Positions 7,199 to 17,002 of a stretch of DNA of 64,000 nucleotides are shown here, piece after piece. This DNA is from Candidatus Aminicenantes bacterium (GTDB lineage: Bacteria; Acidobacteriota; Aminicenantia; Aminicenantales; JAFGBC01): positions 672,001 through 736,000 of the forward strand of contig OY969696.1 in assembly GCA_963702005.1 (NCBI GenBank), read 5' to 3'. A model generated the notes under the pieces. The model had not been told where the DNA came from. It ran no database searches and was given only the letters and a program-made list of their open reading frames with translations. A program made the position numbers and the translations under genes. Numbering within the stretch: position 1 is the stretch's first letter; every line of letters starts with the position of its first letter.

Positions 7199-9202
7199 TC
7201 AGCGGATATAGCCGAGCGCCCGCAGCCTGGCCTTGAGCTCCTCGTCTAGGTCGGCCCGTACCGAACGGCCCTTTTTCGCGGGCGCCAAATACCTCTCCCT
7301 GAGGGCGGCCAGGCGTCGGACGATGTCCGGCCGGCGGTCGGTCAGGCTCGTCTTTTCGCCCGGGTCGTGGGCCAGGTTGTAGAGTTCGACGGGCGGGACC
7401 GCGCGCGGCGGGAAGGTTAAAAAAGCCAGGTCGTCGGCCGTGTAGGGCGCGTTCCAGATAGCCTTCCATTCCCCCTCGACGACGCAGGACTTGGCCGAGT
7501 TGTGCGTCCCGCCCATATTCCCGACGAGGTCGGCCCAGGCGGGACGGTCCGCGGCTTCCCGTTCGCGCAAGATGGGGAGCAGGCTCCGGCCGTCGACGGC
7601 CCCGGTCGCGCGCTTGAGGCCCAGCTCCTCGAGCACGGTCGGGAAGACATCGACGAGGCTGACGACGCCGGGGTATCGCAGCCCGCGCGGGTGGGAGCCG
7701 GGGAGCTTGATGATGAGCGGGACCCGCAGGGATTCCTCATAAAGCTGGTTGGTATGCATCCAGCTGCCGTGCTCGTAGAACTCCTCGCCGTGGTCGCTGA
7801 GAAGGATGAGGAGCGTCCGGTCGTAGAGCCCGAGCGACTTGAGTTTGGCCACGAGCGGCCCGATCAAGGCCTCGTCCGTGTAGCGGATCTCGCCGTCATA
7901 GAGCGCGACCGCGTTCCGCCGTTCCGCGTCGGGCAGCGGCCGGAACACGGCGCAATTCCCGCCCAGATACTCCCTGATGTTGAGATCGGTCCAGCGCGCG
8001 TCCCGGTCCAAGTACTCCCGATTGTACGGGGCGGGGGGCCGGTAGGGCGGATGGATCTGGTAGGTGTGGAGGAAGAGGAAGAAAGGCCGGTTGGCGTGGC
8101 CGTCGAGCCAACCCAGCGCAGCTCGGGCCACGAGCTCGGCCGAGTTCGTATTGTCGATGTCCCCCTCGGACTCGGAGTAGAAATCAAACCCCTTGGCCAG
8201 GCCGAACTTGGCGTTGAGGAAGCCGCCGCCCGTGATGGCCCAGGTCAGGTAGCCGCGGCCGGCCAGGATCTCGGCCAGTGTCGTCAGGTCGGGGCTCATT
8301 TTTTGCTCGCTGGACAGGACGCCGTGGCTCGGAGCGAGGAGCCCGGTCATGATCGAGACGTGGGAGGTCAGGGTCCAGGGCGCCGGCGCATAGGTCCGCA
8401 GGAAGGCGGCGCAGTCGGCGGCCAGCGCGTCGATGGCCGGAGACAGCGGCCGGCCGTAGCCGTAGCAGCCGAGGTGATCGGCCCGAAGCGTGTCCAACGA
8501 GATCAGGATGACGTTGACGGCGTCGGTCCGGGGGCGATAGAGGATCGGGTGGATCCAGAAGGAAAAAGATTTCTCGGGCCCGCGCGTCCTCAGCAAGAGA
8601 CGTGTGCGTTCCCCACGCTCGGGCAGGACGACCCGGCAATAGTCGAAGACGAGACGGGATTCCTCACCCGGCGGGGGGACGGCCAGATTCTTGGCGAAGA
8701 TCTCCTTTTCCCGGCCGTCCCGCTCCAGGCCGATGATGAAGGCGACCTCCTCGCCGCCGACCGCCGCCCCGACCGCGGCCTTTCGCAGACGCTCGGAGTT
8801 GGCGTCGCGCTTGATCGCGACCCCGAATTCCAGGACGTCGCCGGCCGCCCAGGGCCGGTCGAAGACGTAAGCACTCGGCGCGGGGGCGAACAGGATGGCG
8901 AAGGTCGATCCGCCGTAGCGTATCTTCCGGCCGAGCTCGAAGGGGTCGGGTCCGGAGGGAGTCGGGCCGAGAGGCTCGGAGTTGACCGGATAGAGAAGCT
9001 CCGTGGCTTCCGGCGTCGAGGCGGGAACGGATCCCAGAAACGGGCTCTGGACGATTTTCGCGGCGCCGAGTCCGTCGATGAGCCGGAAGAGGCCCGACTC
9101 CGCTGAGGGCGGATGGCCGCAGCGAGCCAGGACAAGGGCGCAGAGAAACAAGGCCGCGGCTCCCGCGCCGATGATAATATTTCTTCGCCGCTCTTTCTTC
9201 AT
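7199..9202 (-). CDS. Sulfatase-like hydrolase/transferase (alkaline phosphatase superfamily), membrane-anchored
   Basis: LISLDTLRADH, WTLTSHVSIMTG, SDHGE, LRVPLI, C-terminal LRALGY. Confidence 0.9.
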   Translation of the reverse strand: MKKERRRNIIIGAGAAALFLCALVLARCGHPPSAESGLFRLIDGLGAAKIVQSPFLGSVPASTPEATELLYPVNSEPLGPTPSGPDPFELGRKIRYGGSTFAILFAPAPSAYVFDRPWAAGDVLEFGVAIKRDANSERLRKAAVGAAVGGEEVAFIIGLERDGREKEIFAKNLAVPPPGEESRLVFDYCRVVLPERGERTRLLLRTRGPEKSFSFWIHPILYRPRTDAVNVILISLDTLRADHLGCYGYGRPLSPAIDALAADCAAFLRTYAPAPWTLTSHVSIMTGLLAPSHGVLSSEQKMSPDLTTLAEILAGRGYLTWAITGGGFLNAKFGLAKGFDFYSESEGDIDNTNSAELVARAALGWLDGHANRPFFLFLHTYQIHPPYRPPAPYNREYLDRDARWTDLNIREYLGGNCAVFRPLPDAERRNAVALYDGEIRYTDEALIGPLVAKLKSLGLYDRTLLILLSDHGEEFYEHGSWMHTNQLYEESLRVPLIIKLPGSHPRGLRYPGVVSLVDVFPTVLEELGLKRATGAVDGRSLLPILREREAADRPAWADLVGNMGGTHNSAKSCVVEGEWKAIWNAPYTADDLAFLTFPPRAVPPVELYNLAHDPGEKTSLTDRRPDIVRRLAALRERYLAPAKKGRSVRADLDEELKARLRALGYIR

Positions 9203-11088
9203 GATGACGACTTGTCCACGGCCGATTCCATTATACCAGCCCCCGGCTCTCCGGCGGATATTTTGCGGAGCCAGATGTCATAGCGGCCGACTCCGCGGCG
9301 GCGGACGTAGCGGTATTGCTTAAGGACCGCGACGACTTCGGCCTTCCATTTGATGGACCGGTCGAAACAGACCGCGGCGTACGAGCCCTTCGCGACCTCC
9401 TCCCGAAAAAGCCGGAAGGCCTCGGGGGGATTGCTCACACCGCTGATGAATCCCACCAGCACATTTCGGCGTTCCATCTCGCCGGGGCCGTAGATCCTGG
9501 CGATCCCGGCCGCGAAATAGCCCCGGACCAGAAGCGGAAAGATCTGAGGCTGAACGGTCCCCGCCCAGAGGTTGACCTCGTTCGGGGCGAGGATGGACGA
9601 GCGGCCGGGGACGGACCTGGCGATTTGGGCGGCCGCCGCGTAGGGCGGCTGGACCTTCAAGGAGGGAACGCCGAGCCGGTTTCCGTCGGCGGGCCGGAGG
9701 ACGTTCTCGGGAAAGACGGCCAGGAAGACAAGCAGAAGTCCGAAGGCCGATCCCCAGCCGGCTTTGCGCGGCAGCGGCGGCGACCATTCGAGGGGCGACG
9801 ACAGGACAAGGGCCATGAAGATCGGGATCGGGAAGGCCCAGAAGACGCGCCAATAAACATCCTCCGCGATGGGAAACCAACGGAGGTTGAAATCGAGGAG
9901 AAGCGGATTCAAGAAGATGCCGAGGAACAAGACCGGGAAGACGACGGCCAGACGGCGGGCCAAGGGCGTCCTGACGACGAGCCACGCCGTCAGAATCATG
10001 ACGGCCGCCGCGGCCAGGCCCGCGCCGCTTCCCAGGACTTCCCGCGCGATCGCCGCCGCGAAGCCGAGCCGGTCGGGGTGGAACGGAAGCGGACGCGCCA
10101 GACCCGGCTCCCGGGCGAGCATGCCGCGGAGGACAAAGGCGGCCGCGGCGATATAGAAGCAGGATAGACAGCCCAAAGCCAGCCGGCGGAGGCCGGCCCG
10201 GTCCTTGGGCGGGCGTCCCGCGAGCAAGGCCGCCCCGACGATAAAAGGCGTCAGAGGTAGAGAAGATGAGGTCAAGCCCAGGCCGCAGACCTGGGCGGAA
10301 GCCAGCAGCAGCCAATCCGCCGCGCGTCCGCTCCGCGCGAAGCGGAGGGCGAAATAGATGATCAAGGGAACGATGACCGTGACGTAGATCGCCTTTCCTT
10401 GGAACAGGCGGACGAAACCGAAATTTCCGTAGGCGCGATGGGTTTGGCCGAGAGAGACAAGGACGACGAACAGCGCCGCCAGCGTCCAGCCGGGATTCTT
10501 GACGCGGAGGAATCGGAGGAGCAGCGTGTTCCCCGCCGCGAACAGAAGCGCCGCCAGGCCGCTGAAGATGAGATGAATGACGGCCATGGCGGGTATCCCC
10601 GTCAAACTGGAAACGGCTCCTGCCAATACCTCAAAAGCCTGAAACTTGTTGAGGCTGGAAAGGGGAATGTCCTTCAGGTCGTAGAGGGTGCACCGGGCGA
10701 GAAGGGGCTGCGTAGGATTTTCAGCGGCGCCCACGGCCATGTTCACGTAGAACGCGTCGTCGATGTCGGGACGATGGGAAGCCAGGGTTACGGCGAGAGC
10801 GGCCAGCGCAATGACCGCAACTCCCCAGGTTGCCGCCTTGGACGGCCGGGCCCGCTCGCCGCTTTCAGGGGACGGATCGGACTCTCGAAATTTGCCATGG
10901 AACGCGGCGTAGAGAATCATGAGCGCGGCCAGCAGCGGGCCGGCGCAGATGAGGAGGGTTCTGAGACTCGCCCCAGTCAGGACCGCGACATTCGCGGAGA
11001 CCGTCCAGAGCGCGAAGCCCAGACAGGCGAGCTGGACGGCGTCCTCGAGCCGCGGCCGAAACAGAAAACGCCGGGCGGCGGACGTCAT
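9199..11088 (-). CDS. Polytopic membrane protein, DUF6077-like / putative GT-C glycosyltransferase
   Basis: Many TM helices, DDAFY motif, RLFQGK, YWRVFW. Confidence 0.7.
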   Translation of the reverse strand: MTSAARRFLFRPRLEDAVQLACLGFALWTVSANVAVLTGASLRTLLICAGPLLAALMILYAAFHGKFRESDPSPESGERARPSKAATWGVAVIALAALAVTLASHRPDIDDAFYVNMAVGAAENPTQPLLARCTLYDLKDIPLSSLNKFQAFEVLAGAVSSLTGIPAMAVIHLIFSGLAALLFAAGNTLLLRFLRVKNPGWTLAALFVVLVSLGQTHRAYGNFGFVRLFQGKAIYVTVIVPLIIYFALRFARSGRAADWLLLASAQVCGLGLTSSSLPLTPFIVGAALLAGRPPKDRAGLRRLALGCLSCFYIAAAAFVLRGMLAREPGLARPLPFHPDRLGFAAAIAREVLGSGAGLAAAAVMILTAWLVVRTPLARRLAVVFPVLFLGIFLNPLLLDFNLRWFPIAEDVYWRVFWAFPIPIFMALVLSSPLEWSPPLPRKAGWGSAFGLLLVFLAVFPENVLRPADGNRLGVPSLKVQPPYAAAAQIARSVPGRSSILAPNEVNLWAGTVQPQIFPLLVRGYFAAGIARIYGPGEMERRNVLVGFISGVSNPPEAFRLFREEVAKGSYAAVCFDRSIKWKAEVVAVLKQYRYVRRRGVGRYDIWLRKISAGEPGAGIMESAVDKSSS

Positions 11089-11462
11089 TCGGGCTTATCA
11101 TCCTCGCCCGTGGGCGTCTTGCCTTCGAGCTCGAGAAGGGCCAGTCGCTGGATGAGCTTTTTATTTTCCTCCTTGAGCCGGGAAATGACGACGGAGTACT
11201 GGATGAGGATCAGGAAGACGGCCATTAAAAGCAGGAGGAGGAAGGCGATGGGCGGAGAGTAGATGCCGAGCAGGCGGGAGATGACGTCAAGGGCGTGGCG
11301 CCAGAGAGAGATGCCGAGGAAGACGAGCCCGAAGAAGATCCACAGGATGGAATATTCCTCGCGGATTCTCTTTTTACGGACGAGCTCGATCACCAAGACG
11401 AGGAAAAAGAAGCTGCCGGCGACGGCGAGGTATTGAATTCGGGAAGGCTGGATATCGGTCAT
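11085..11462 (-). CDS. DUF2304 family membrane protein
   Basis: Three TMs, 'RKKRIREEYSILW', C-terminal coiled coil 'LIQRLAL'; usual partner of GT2. Confidence 0.85.
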   Translation of the reverse strand: MTDIQPSRIQYLAVAGSFFFLVLVIELVRKKRIREEYSILWIFFGLVFLGISLWRHALDVISRLLGIYSPPIAFLLLLLMAVFLILIQYSVVISRLKEENKKLIQRLALLELEGKTPTGEDDKPE

Positions 11463-11469
11463 GATGTCC

Positions 11470-12213
11470 TCATTCTTTGATCCTGGGCCGCAGGGCCGCC
11501 ATCAGGACGGCCAGCGCGACCTTGACCATGTAGAAAGCGCTCGTCCAGCCCGCGATCGACGACCGCCCCCCGCTCCGCTCCTTCATGGCGACCGGGACCT
11601 CGACGATCCGGAAGCCGTTCCGGCTCAAGAGGACGACGCTCTCCGGCTCGGGGTAATCCGTCGGATAGTTCTCGGCCAGGAAGGCGAAGGCTCTCCGGCC
11701 GTAGGCGCGGAAGCCCGAGGTGTTGTCGGTGATGCGGCGTCCGGTCAGGATGAAATTGAGCGTTCCGAAAAAACGGATGCCCAGGCGGCGCAGGGCCGAG
11801 GGCCGATAACCGGCGCGGCTTCGGGCGAAGCGGGAGCCGATGACCGCGTCGGCCCGTCCTTCCCGGATCGGGGCGAGGAGCGTCCGGACTTCGGAGGCCA
11901 GGTGCTGACCGTCGGCGTCGAACTGGAGGGCGACTTCGTAGCCGCGGTCGCGGGCGTAGAGGAAGCCGGTCTGGACGGCCCCGCCGATTCCGAGGTTGGA
12001 GGAGAGCCGGGCCACGACCGCGCATCCGGTCGCGCCGGCCCGCCGCGCCGTATCGTCCTGGGAAGCGTCGTCGACGACGAGGATGTCCCAGGCGGGGTCC
12101 TCGCGCTTGAGCGATTCGATGACGGAGACGATGGTCTCGGCTTCGTTCAGGGCGGGGATGATCAGGAGGACTTTGAGCTGCGGCCGCGACTCGGAAGCAG
12201 GCTCCCCTTTCAT
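11470..12213 (-). CDS. GT2 glycosyltransferase (polyprenyl-phosphate sugar synthase-like)
   Basis: IIPALNE, VVDDAS, NLGIGGA, DADGQH, GSRF, DNTSGFR. Confidence 0.93.
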   Translation of the reverse strand: MKGEPASESRPQLKVLLIIPALNEAETIVSVIESLKREDPAWDILVVDDASQDDTARRAGATGCAVVARLSSNLGIGGAVQTGFLYARDRGYEVALQFDADGQHLASEVRTLLAPIREGRADAVIGSRFARSRAGYRPSALRRLGIRFFGTLNFILTGRRITDNTSGFRAYGRRAFAFLAENYPTDYPEPESVVLLSRNGFRIVEVPVAMKERSGGRSSIAGWTSAFYMVKVALAVLMAALRPRIKE

Positions 12214-12275
12214 GGCGCGTTCAATATAGTCCAGCCCGCGCGGACCTGTCAAGGAATCCGATGCGGGCCGGAATC

Positions 12276-13277
12276 CTACGCTTCCGGTTTTCGTGCCATG
12301 ATCACCGCGGCGGCCGGGAGACGAAGGAAGTCGTTTTCATAAGCCGCCAGCGGAGAATAGAGAAGGGTGATCACTCCGGCCAAAACGCGCGGGATATGGG
12401 CGGCGAGCGTCGATTCGCCGTAGGCATGGGTGGCCGTGGCCTTCGGGATCACGGAAAGCCCGAAGTGGCCGGCGCAGTTGATCGCCGTAGAGGGATGGAT
12501 CGATATCTCGGCAAAACCGCATTCGGCGAAGGCCCGCCTGGCTCCTTCCTGACTCGGAATGCCGATATGGCGGGGCGCCTCACAGTACACGCACCAGCGG
12601 CGGCCGAGCATCCGGCTCTGGAAAGAATCCGAAAACGGGACTTCGGCCGCGATCCAGCCGCCGGGTTTGAGGATCCGCCGAATCTCCTTCAGGACGGGTT
12701 TCACATCCAGCAGGTGCTCGAGCACCCAGCCGATGGTGACGATATGGAAGGAATCCGCCGGATAGGAGACCGAGTCCAGGGTGCCGACGTCCGCGGCGAA
12801 GCCGAGGCGCTCGCGCACGTACCGTACCGGCCCGGGCTGGATATCCAGGCCGCGCACCTGATAGCCGGCCTTGGCGAAACGGACCAGCCGATCCCCGGTC
12901 CCGCAGCCGATGTCGAGCAGGACTCCGGACCTGACCCCGGTCGCCCGGCGCAGGGCGGCCACCTCGTTTCTGTGCTGAAGGGAATAGAAGGTCCGCCCTT
13001 CCAGGGCCGCCAACAGCTTTTTCAGCTTGCTGTTCGTCTCAAAGTCGGGCCGAAAACTGTAGACGGGCGGGTAGAGACCGGCGATCGTTTCCTGCTTCGG
13101 CATCGGCGACAGGATGGCCGAGCCGCAGGTCCGGCAGGTCAGGAACGACCAGGTGCCCGGAACAAACCCCAGCCGATCTTTGATGTCCGCAATCCAGGGG
13201 GAAAGCTTCTCGGAGCCGCAGAAAAGACAGGCGGTCGGGGCGAACCACGGGCCGGCTTCTTCATGTTGAATTCTCAT
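12276..13277 (-). CDS. Class I SAM-dependent methyltransferase with an N-terminal Zn finger
   Basis: CxxC...CxxC, LLDIGCGTG, VLEH, LKPGG, PRH. Confidence 0.9.
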   Translation of the reverse strand: MRIQHEEAGPWFAPTACLFCGSEKLSPWIADIKDRLGFVPGTWSFLTCRTCGSAILSPMPKQETIAGLYPPVYSFRPDFETNSKLKKLLAALEGRTFYSLQHRNEVAALRRATGVRSGVLLDIGCGTGDRLVRFAKAGYQVRGLDIQPGPVRYVRERLGFAADVGTLDSVSYPADSFHIVTIGWVLEHLLDVKPVLKEIRRILKPGGWIAAEVPFSDSFQSRMLGRRWCVYCEAPRHIGIPSQEGARRAFAECGFAEISIHPSTAINCAGHFGLSVIPKATATHAYGESTLAAHIPRVLAGVITLLYSPLAAYENDFLRLPAAAVIMARKPEA

Positions 13278-13289
13278 CGGCTTGATACC

Positions 13290-14465
13290 TCAGCTCGAAC
13301 GCGTTTCGGCGCGGGCCGGGCCCGCCGCTCGTCCCAGCACCTCCCGGTAGGTGCTCCGGAACCGGTCGATGGTCTCCTCCCAGTGAAAGGTCTTGGGGGG
13401 GAGGTAATCCATTTTTCCTTGATAGGCGCGCCAGCAGGCTTCGGCCAGCAACTCGGCGGATCCGGGCTTGACCATGATGTGGCTGCCGAAAATGACCTCG
13501 GGTATGGAGCCGGCCTCGGTGGCCACGACCTTTTTCCCAAGGCTGCAGGCTTCCAGAACGGCGAAGCCGAAACCCTCGGACAACGAGGGGACGACGACGC
13601 AATCGGCCGCCGCCAGCCACTCGACGATCCGGTCATGGGGCAGACTGGGGAGCAGCCGCACGGAATCCGGCGGAAGTCCGCTCAGCGTCCGTTGAATCCG
13701 GCGCCAGATCCGCGTATCGCTTCGGGTCAGAATCAGGACATAGCGGGCCCGGGGGATCTTGCGGATGAGGAGGGGGATGGCCTCGACAAAATACTCCATC
13801 CCCTTCGTCAGGCCGGCCCGGCCGTAGGCCAGGAAAACGAAGTCGGGGCCGGCCAGGCCCAGCTGCTTTCGGGCGCCGTCGCGATCGACCTTCGCCTGAA
13901 GCAGCTCCGGGTCCTGCCCGCCGTAGATGATCTCGAGCTTCGAATCCTCGATCCCGAACGACTTCAGACCGCGCCGGGTGTAGCGGGAGATGGCCACGAA
14001 TTTATCAAACGGGAGAAGGGTCATAACCTTCTCAGTCCACCGATAGAAGGCCGATTTGATCCAGTTCGATTCGAAGCGCTTCCAGAGCGCTCCCATGAAT
14101 TCATAGACGAGGAAGACGCATTTCTTCCTGAGCAGGGCCGCGGCGACGAAGGCCGGGATCGCTCCGCCGTAGGATGCGGCTTGGATGATGTCGCAGTCCT
14201 TCCCCTGGGCGATGACATGGGGAATGGCCAGCAGGGCGTAAAACGACCGCTGGGCCCAAGCGGGCTTGCCGATCCGGAGTATCCGTAAGTTCTCTTTCTC
14301 TTCGATTCGAGGCGCGGCGGGAGCCGTCCTCATGGTCACGACCACGCAGCGGTCGCCACGGCTCGCCAGCCCCTCGGCCAGCTTTTGGACATACAGCTCC
14401 CCTCCGCCGACATGCGGAGGATAATAGTCGACGACAAAGCAGATCCGCATCGGCGGGCGAATCAC
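13290..14465 (-). CDS. GT4 glycosyltransferase
   Basis: YYPPHVGGGE and PSLSEGFGFAVLEA (EX7E); alternative start at 14450. Confidence 0.93.
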   Translation of the reverse strand: MIRPPMRICFVVDYYPPHVGGGELYVQKLAEGLASRGDRCVVVTMRTAPAAPRIEEKENLRILRIGKPAWAQRSFYALLAIPHVIAQGKDCDIIQAASYGGAIPAFVAAALLRKKCVFLVYEFMGALWKRFESNWIKSAFYRWTEKVMTLLPFDKFVAISRYTRRGLKSFGIEDSKLEIIYGGQDPELLQAKVDRDGARKQLGLAGPDFVFLAYGRAGLTKGMEYFVEAIPLLIRKIPRARYVLILTRSDTRIWRRIQRTLSGLPPDSVRLLPSLPHDRIVEWLAAADCVVVPSLSEGFGFAVLEACSLGKKVVATEAGSIPEVIFGSHIMVKPGSAELLAEACWRAYQGKMDYLPPKTFHWEETIDRFRSTYREVLGRAAGPARAETRSS

Positions 14466-14610
14466 GGAGTCTCGGAATCAGGGATGGGCATTCCCTTTTT
14501 GGGCTCCGCCGGAAATCGCCGCGCCGGGCGCCGAACCTCCCTTTCTGGCCATGACAAAATTATAGGGTCGGCCGCGCGGAGATGTCAACGACCGCCCTGA
14601 ACGGCCCGGC

Positions 14611-15504
14611 TCAGGACGAAGCGAGGGCAATCAGGGCCCGCATCAGCCGAAAGCCCTCGACGAAATCGGAGGCGGTGAAAGAGACGGAACGGCCCCCCGT
14701 CCTCTTGACGTTGGGAACGAACAGGGGAATCTCGGCCTGGCTGCTGGTGTGGAATTCGAGGTCGAAGGTGTACGGGGCGTTCAGCTTGAACGGCGCCGGC
14801 CGCGGCCGTTTCAGGTAGGCCTCCTTGGCCCCTTCCCGAAGACGTCTCAGGGCTTCCGCCCGGGGCAGCATCCGGGCCGCGGTCCGCCCGAGGCCGCTCT
14901 TGACGGCCACCGTGACCGGGCCATCCCCCAGGATGGCCCTCGCCTGCGCGCACGTCTCCTCGTCTCCGCTGATCATAATGACGGGCACGTTGTAAGCGCC
15001 CGCGACGGCCGCGTTGATCCCGAGCTCCGGCATCTCGCGGCCGTTGATCTTGATCGCCCAGACGGCGGAGCTCGAGATGGTGTGGTCGAGAACGGCCGAC
15101 GCCGTCCCGGCCCGGGCATGGTAGCCGATGAACAGGACGGCCTCGCAATCGGCGTCCACGCCCTCCATCATGGACAGGGGCTTGGGCGATCCGCTGATAA
15201 GGGCGGCGTCCGGGTCGAGGTCCGAGGGGAGAATGTTCCGCTGGCTTCCGTGGGAATCGTTGACGACGATTTCGCCCGCCCCGGCCTCGCGCAGGCCGGC
15301 GATTGCGGCGTTGGCGTCCTCGGCCATCCACTTGCGGGCCGCGTCGTAGTCGTGGCCGTCGGCCGAGGTCTGCTCCCCGTGGACGACCCCCCAGATGCCT
15401 TCCATATCGACGGAGATCAAGACTTTGTGTCCGGTCTTCACTTGAGCGCCGAGATAGACGATCAAGGCCACGCCCGCGGCAAGCAGAGCTAAGTATCTTT
15501 TCAT
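14611..15504 (-). CDS. M55 D-aminopeptidase (DppA-like) with a signal peptide
   Basis: ISVDMEG, VNDSHG, GYHA, LDHT, SGD motifs. Confidence 0.92.
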   Translation of the reverse strand: MKRYLALLAAGVALIVYLGAQVKTGHKVLISVDMEGIWGVVHGEQTSADGHDYDAARKWMAEDANAAIAGLREAGAGEIVVNDSHGSQRNILPSDLDPDAALISGSPKPLSMMEGVDADCEAVLFIGYHARAGTASAVLDHTISSSAVWAIKINGREMPELGINAAVAGAYNVPVIMISGDEETCAQARAILGDGPVTVAVKSGLGRTAARMLPRAEALRRLREGAKEAYLKRPRPAPFKLNAPYTFDLEFHTSSQAEIPLFVPNVKRTGGRSVSFTASDFVEGFRLMRALIALASS

Positions 15505-15597
15505 GGCTAACCTCGGATCCTTGGAATTCATTCCTATTATAAGCGCTCCCGCCGTAGAGGTCCAATTCTACGACTGAGCCTGTCCTATCTGATTGAC

Positions 15598-15704
15598 CCG
15601 TTCGCCGACGCCAAGCCCCGCCTTTCAAGGCGGGGATGAGAGCGAGGCTCAGGGTTAATCATGAACAAGCCCCGGCCTTCAGGTCGGGGAGTCGATGATT
15701 TGAC
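15598..15704 (+). mobile_element. Non-autonomous IS200/IS605-type palindromic element (MITE/PATE), copy 1
   Basis: Follows TGAC; two CAAG-CCCCG..CGGGG hairpins; ends in TTGAC; homologous to 55602-55709. Confidence 0.8.
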
Positions 15705-15758
15705 AGCGGTTCCGCTCCTTGGATATAAGCAAGGGAGGGACGCCGGCAAGAAACGGCC

Positions 15759-16997
15759 ATGAAGCGCGCGGGTCTTTTTTTATGGTGGAAGGAAGCGGGA
15801 GTCCAATCCAGGCGCAGCCTGGTCGCCGCCGCCCTGGGCTGGATGCTCGACGCCTTCGACGTCATGCTCTACGCGATGATCCTCTCGACCTTGATGCGGG
15901 AGCTGGGGATGGGCAAGGGCGCGGCCGGTCTCCTCGGCTCGTTGACGCTGGTCGCTTCCGCCTTCGGCGGGATGATCTTCGGCGTCGTCGCCGACCGCTT
16001 CGGGCGGCTTCGGGCCCTGATGGGGAGCATCCTCATTTACTCGGTGTTCACCGCGGCCTGCGGTCTTTCGACCGGAATCGTGATGCTGGCCGTTTTCCGC
16101 GTCCTTCTCGGGCTGGGCATGGGCGGGGAGTGGGCCAGCGGGGCGGCCCTGGTCGCCGAGACCTGGCCGGCCGAGCACCGGGGCAAGGCGCTGGGGTTCG
16201 TCCAGAGCTTCTGGGCGGTCGGCTACGCCGCGGCGGCGGCCGTCTCGGCCCTCGTCCTGCCGATCTGGGGATGGCGAGCCGTGTTCTTCATCGGCGTCCT
16301 CCCGGCGTTCTTCACTTTTTGGGTTCGGCGCCGCGTCGAGGAGCCGGACATTTGGCGGAAACGCGGCTCGGGCGCCGCGGACGGACCGTCCGGATTCCGG
16401 GCCCTGTTCGTGCCGGACCGGCTCAAAACGACGCTCCTGGTGACCCTGATGAACGCCTTCAGCCTGTTCGCCTGGTGGGGTTTCAACCTCTGGATCCCGG
16501 CCTTCCTGTCCCTGTCCCGGGAGCAAGGGGGTGTCGGCCTGACCACGCGCGCGATGTCGGGGCTGGTCATCTTCATGCAGGTCGGGATGTGGCTCGGCTA
16601 CGTCAGCTTCGGCTACATCAGCGACGCGCTGGGCCGTAAAAAAACCTACATCGGGTACCTCGTCGCCGCTTCGCTCCTCGTCTCCCTCTATGCGACCACG
16701 CGCGCCCCGCTCCTCCTCCTCGCGTTAGGGCCCGTCGTAGCCTTCTTCGGGTCCGGCTACTTCAGCGGTTTCGGGGCGCTGACGGCTGAACTCTACCCGA
16801 CTTCGATCCGGGCCACCGCCCAGGGCTTTACCTACAACTTCGGGCGGATCGTGAGCGCGGCGGCGCCCTTCACGGTCGGGACGCTCGCCCAGGCCAGGGG
16901 CTTCGGGACGGCCTTCCCCCTGATCTCGGTCGCCTTCCTGGCCGCGGCCCTGACCTGGATCTGGATCCCCGAGACGCGCGGCAAAAAGCTGGACTGA
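15759..16997 (+). CDS. MFS transporter (metabolite:H+ symporter type)
   Basis: DAFD, ADRFGR, GLGMGGEW, SDALGRK, ELYPTSIRA. Confidence 0.93.
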   Translation: MKRAGLFLWWKEAGVQSRRSLVAAALGWMLDAFDVMLYAMILSTLMRELGMGKGAAGLLGSLTLVASAFGGMIFGVVADRFGRLRALMGSILIYSVFTAACGLSTGIVMLAVFRVLLGLGMGGEWASGAALVAETWPAEHRGKALGFVQSFWAVGYAAAAAVSALVLPIWGWRAVFFIGVLPAFFTFWVRRRVEEPDIWRKRGSGAADGPSGFRALFVPDRLKTTLLVTLMNAFSLFAWWGFNLWIPAFLSLSREQGGVGLTTRAMSGLVIFMQVGMWLGYVSFGYISDALGRKKTYIGYLVAASLLVSLYATTRAPLLLLALGPVVAFFGSGYFSGFGALTAELYPTSIRATAQGFTYNFGRIVSAAAPFTVGTLAQARGFGTAFPLISVAFLAAALTWIWIPETRGKKLD

Positions 16998-17002
16998 AAT
17001 CC

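Noticed and set aside
12261-14288. Long antisense or alternative-frame ORFs (also 7502-9106, 18445-20070, 23210-25087, 39101-40834 and others)
   Set aside because: They overlap well-supported genes and have no motifs; expected in high-GC DNA.
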